Positions 33,572-37,138 of a DNA stretch of 37,138 nucleotides are shown one piece after another. The notes beneath the pieces were generated by a model, which did no database searches, was not told the DNA's origin, and saw nothing but the letters and a program-made list of their open reading frames with translations. The stretch comes from Salisapilia sapeloensis CBS 127946. Its lineage: Eukaryota > Protista > Oomycota. Positions within the stretch are counted from its first letter, which is position 1. Each line of letters starts with the position of its first letter. The stretch lies in the NCBI GenBank assembly GCA_023334545.1, contig JAADVB010000191.1:1-37138 (forward strand), in the 5' to 3' direction. A program made the translations under genes and the position numbers.

Positions 33572-33970
33572 CGTGAGGACCGTAGGAGTCAAGAGCTATA
33601 GGCTACGTGTTCGTGTTGTGCCGAAATCGTTGTCTTCGTAAACGAACACAAATTAGTCATGATATGTTTCATTTATAATCCACTTAAATCGAGTTTAATG
33701 TGAATTAATGAAATCAACTAATCAAAACCCGTATATGATGAAATTTGTCTCGAAGTTGCAAGTGGCGCGCACGATTCAGTTGACCGTGATGGGTATAAGG
33801 ATTCGAGACGACGATCTGTGCGGATAAAGCGGATCGGACGAGCTCATTCAATTACTTTGTGTACCAAAATAATGCCTTATACGCTTCCAATACATTTTGA
33901 ATGCTATGTTCTGATCGACATAATATAAGAAGACGATTTTTACCGCGTGATTGGGAATCAAACCGGGAAA

Positions 33971-35799
33971 ATGGAGACAAGTACTACAACTTTGCCGCTT
34001 CCTCAGCTGCTAGTGCGTGCACGAGAGAACTGTTTACTTGGTTACTATGAAGAAGGCCTGGCCGATTTTTCCAAAGCTCTAAGTGATGTGCAAGCACGCT
34101 CAAAAAGTTGTTCGAATGAAGCGCTCCAACGTGAGCTCGATCAGTTCTATCACGAGCTCCAATACGAATATACAGAAGCATTAGAGTACGATCGTGCGTT
34201 GGGAGAGTTAAAACGTATTGGAGACACACTCAAAGCAACAAGAGAAAAGGATAAAAGACGCCGATTGGAGCAGGAGCAGGTCGAAGAGGATGAAATCCGA
34301 CAGAAAGAGGTACTGATAAGCATCCATAACCATGCTGTGTCCTCTATCGCTAATAGATACATCTTTAAATGCCTAGTGGGAACGAGCAAAGAGTATGCGC
34401 CCTACACACATGCACAAGGAGCCAATCTCTAGCAGATACGACAAGCAAGAGCCATTCGCACGTCCTCCTCCCGCTCCTAACTCCTTGTAAGTCATTCTAC
34501 ACTACATAACTCTACTTCCACCTCTTTCACGCATTCCATGTACTAACTTTCACATAGTTGTCGCCGACCAAACCGCTCTAGCAATACACGCAAAGCCCCT
34601 TCCTCCTCTCGTCGACCTCAACAAAAGTCCAAATCGACATCTAGATCTTCCAAAAGTCGCAAGAGTCTATTGGACTACGTCAGATCTCCTCCTAAAACCA
34701 CATCCGGCGAGTTGGTACGTGGGAGAACCAAGTATTCTGACATTGCTCGGGAAGAAGATTGGGCAGACCAAGAGCTCATCGACTCGATTGAGCGTGAAAT
34801 CGTCGACATATCCGCCGACACTAGTTTCGAAGACATTGCAGGTCTGGCTAGTAGTAAACATTTATTACAGGAGACGGTCATGCTTCCTCAGATCGCTCCT
34901 CATTTATTCTCTGACGGACTCTTGAAGCCATGCAGTGGCATCCTCATGTTCGGCCCACCTGGGACAGGAAAGACGCTCCTTGCCAAGGCTGTTGCAAAGG
35001 AATGTGACGCCACTTTCTTCAACGTATCTGCTTCCACACTGTCGTCAAAGTATCATGGTGATTCAGAGAAACTCGTTCGCATTCTATTTGAAATGGCAAG
35101 ATACTACGCTCCGTCCATCGTCTTTATGGATGAAATCGATGCTATCGCAGGTGCGCGAGGGACGTCGAAAGAACATGAAGCGAGTCGGAGAGTCAAAACC
35201 GAGTTGCTTGTACAGCTGAGTGGGATGGGGAGTGGAGAGAGTGGGCGAGTCATGTTGCTAGCGGCGACGAATATGCCGTGGGACTTGGATGAAGCTATGC
35301 GGAGGCGTTTAACGAAGAGAGTGTACATCCCTCTACCAGATGCCGAAGCAAGAAAAGCATTGTTCGAATTGAATTTGAAAAAGGTCGAGCTCGGAGAAGT
35401 CGATATCGATTCGCTCGTGGAACAGACGGAAGGGTACAGTGGTGATGACATCGCAAGTGTCTGTGAAACAGGTATGTCGACCCGGATGAAGACGTAGACA
35501 CCATACTTATCATGTACATAGCAAAACGGATGCCAGTGAAGCGAGTGTATACACCTGATTTACTCAGTGAGTTCCTTCAGAAACGAGGAAACGAGTCGGA
35601 AGCTCCGGATCTACAGCAATTGGAGAAGAAGCAGCTTATCGTAACGCACGTACGTGTTTATTCTGTTTATAGGTTCGAATCGTGGCTCACTGTTGGATAG
35701 AATGACTTTCAAGAAGCCTTGTCGAACGTGAACAAGTCCGTCTCACATCGTCACATGGAGCGTTTCGACAAGTGGGAGCAAGAGTTTGGGTCTAAATGA
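33971..35799 (+). CDS. KATNA1: Katanin p60 ATPase-containing subunit A (5 exons)
   Basis: N-terminal MIT-like [14 protein letters not shown] domain [65 protein letters not shown]-terminus [13 protein letters not shown]. Confidence 0.9.
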
Positions 35800-35810
35800 A
35801 GGATTGTAGA

Positions 35811-36494
35811 TTACTCCATCCACTGTATCTTGTTTGTCAATGGCTTCCGCTCGCCTTTAGGCCATTGGAAGTCGTCACGAACGTTGCCGACGTACATCAT
35901 ACCAATGCACCGATCTTTTCCTTGTAGGCCTAAAAACTCCTTCATCTCGTTCGACACAGTTGGTCCGCCTGACGTCCAGTATGCACCGACGTTGTGGGCA
36001 CTCGCGACGATGTGCATGTTCTCGACAGCCATGGCGACACTAGCGATTTCTTCCCATTCCGGTAGCTGCTCACTCTCCTGGCGATGCATGCCAATCGTAA
36101 TGATGGCAGAAGCCTTTTGACTGGCTTCGAGAATAGCTTGATGCTTTTTCTTGAGGAACTTGTCGGCGGGAACCATGTTCTTGTACAACTCTGCCTGGAA
36201 CTCGCCTAGACGTTTACGCGCTTCAGCAGAGTAGAAGACAACAAAGCGCCATGGCTCCGTCCGTTTATGCGTGGGAGCCCAGTCGGCTGCTCGTAGCATG
36301 GACTGGATGATCGACTTGGATACAGGCTTGGACTGGTCATAGTCGATTGGGAAGATAGACCGACGGTGAGCAATGAGCTGTTCTGCGGTCCAATTTTTCT
36401 CTTCAGATTTTTTGTTAGATTGCAACCACAGAAGAGTAAGTGAGCATGCTGTGAAAGCTCCAGCAGCAAAGGCAGTGACGAGAGAGACGTTCAT
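35811..36494 (-). CDS. Nitroreductase-family FMN oxidoreductase (YdjA/YfhC-like) with N-terminal hydrophobic anchor; intronless
   Basis: RRSIFP, AADWAPTHKRTEPWRFVVF, EEIASVAMAVENMHIVASAHNVGAYWTSG and C-terminal IGMMYVG. Confidence 0.9.
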   Translation of the reverse strand: MNVSLVTAFAAGAFTACSLTLLWLQSNKKSEEKNWTAEQLIAHRRSIFPIDYDQSKPVSKSIIQSMLRAADWAPTHKRTEPWRFVVFYSAEARKRLGEFQAELYKNMVPADKFLKKKHQAILEASQKASAIITIGMHRQESEQLPEWEEIASVAMAVENMHIVASAHNVGAYWTSGGPTVSNEMKEFLGLQGKDRCIGMMYVGNVRDDFQWPKGERKPLTNKIQWME

Positions 36495-36891
36495 ACCGCT
36501 TCGGATAGTGCCAAAAGATTGATGAATGACCTTTATGTCACTTGGGGTATGTGGATCGTCTCAGGACGCGCGCGCCCCACCAATCGCATGCGATGATGAT
36601 GCATACCGGTAGCTTTCAGCATGCGGTAATATTTTACGTGGTAACTTCGGCATGAACTTTGGAAAACTACGGGTCTTCGCGCTCTAACGATCTTGGGCAC
36701 TGCCGGCTGTAAGAATGCTACACTGTCTACACCGCATTAAAACCTACCTAGTTTCCATTGCACGATGCTTCGGCTCCAGCACTTGCTATCGCCTCGTCAT
36801 GAGATCGAACGATACCGCCGTCACAACTATAGACGATTAACCACTACCTTGTGGCTAAGCAGACTCAAGCTGACTGGGCTATGAATGAATG

Positions 36892-37138
36892 CTAAATTAT
36901 ATAATATTTGCAAAGCACAGATCGCCTACGCGACTCTTCATCCTGCGTGTAGGAGATCGTGGTCACTTCCAAATACTCTTGCATGCTCTCAAAGTTCTGA
37001 AAGTGCTTCATCCCGACCAACGGCTCCGGCACCTCAGGATCCTGGCCTCCCTTCCGCCACGCTCGAAGCACACGAACGCTCCGCTTCATGCTTCGGACCT
37101 CGAGTGATTGCGCGTACCCTTCGTCCGGACAGTTATGA
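36892..37138 (-). CDS. Probable 3' part of a gene entering from beyond the window; product unknown
   Basis: The frame of ORF 36892..37089 stays open to the window end (HNCPDEGYAQSLEVRSMKRSVRVLRAWRK...). No motif recognised, and the exon structure is uncertain. Confidence 0.35.
   Translation of the reverse strand, partial: HNCPDEGYAQSLEVRSMKRSVRVLRAWRKGGQDPEVPEPLVGMKHFQNFESMQEYLEVTTISYTQDEESRRRSVLCKYYII

Noticed and set aside
33667-33713. Imperfect AT-rich inverted repeat (TTTCATT...AATGAAA) in the SEC66/KATNA1 spacer
   Set aside because: Short, AT-rich and interrupted, with no TSD or second copy. Compatible with chance.
35672-35681. GGTTCGAATC, a tRNA T-loop/B-box-like motif
   Set aside because: It lies inside a katanin intron with no cloverleaf, A-box or acceptor stem.
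36568-36630. GCGCGCGC run, palindrome ATCGCATGCGAT (36583-36594) and the 12-mer GCATGCGGTAAT, also seen reversed in an amidohydrolase intron
   Set aside because: Single occurrences without positional or comparative support.

Overview
Eukaryotic nuclear DNA, not prokaryotic. It is most likely from an oomycete or close stramenopile relative: short spliceosomal introns (mostly ~50-60 nt) with CTAAC/CTAAT/CTGAC branch points, a START-like+FYVE family, a 'PNETAN..DDGEFWL' membrane-protein family and CCAAT boxes. The window has two compartments. Bases 1-7600 are gene-sparse and AT-richer, holding a truncated membrane-protein gene and an old tandem duplication of a START-like/FYVE-like gene with conserved non-coding footprints. 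Bases 7668-37138 are extremely compact and hold about 18 mostly conserved genes: NOPCHAP1-like, a 76-aa COX4-like gene, ISY1, ALG13, BOLA2, UNG, IFT81, a SAPS-PH-SnoaL fusion, an ELMO-domain gene, a Hippo/MST-like kinase, a PDHX-like E2 paralogue, SUOX, MCM3, RPA3, a YtcJ-like amidohydrolase, a C5orf34-like gene, SEC66, katanin p60 and a nitroreductase. Gene models were spliced by hand, and several ORF-track starts are TTG/GTG and were corrected to the first plausible ATG. All family calls come from motif recognition from memory, with no database searches. No rRNA, tRNA, CRISPR array or intact mobile element was seen. Most notable: a catalytically dead PDH E2 paralogue carrying a Kgd4/MRPS36-like motif in place of the E3-binding domain, a SAPS+PH+SnoaL fusion, a fully featured Hippo/MST kinase, and a minimal COX4.
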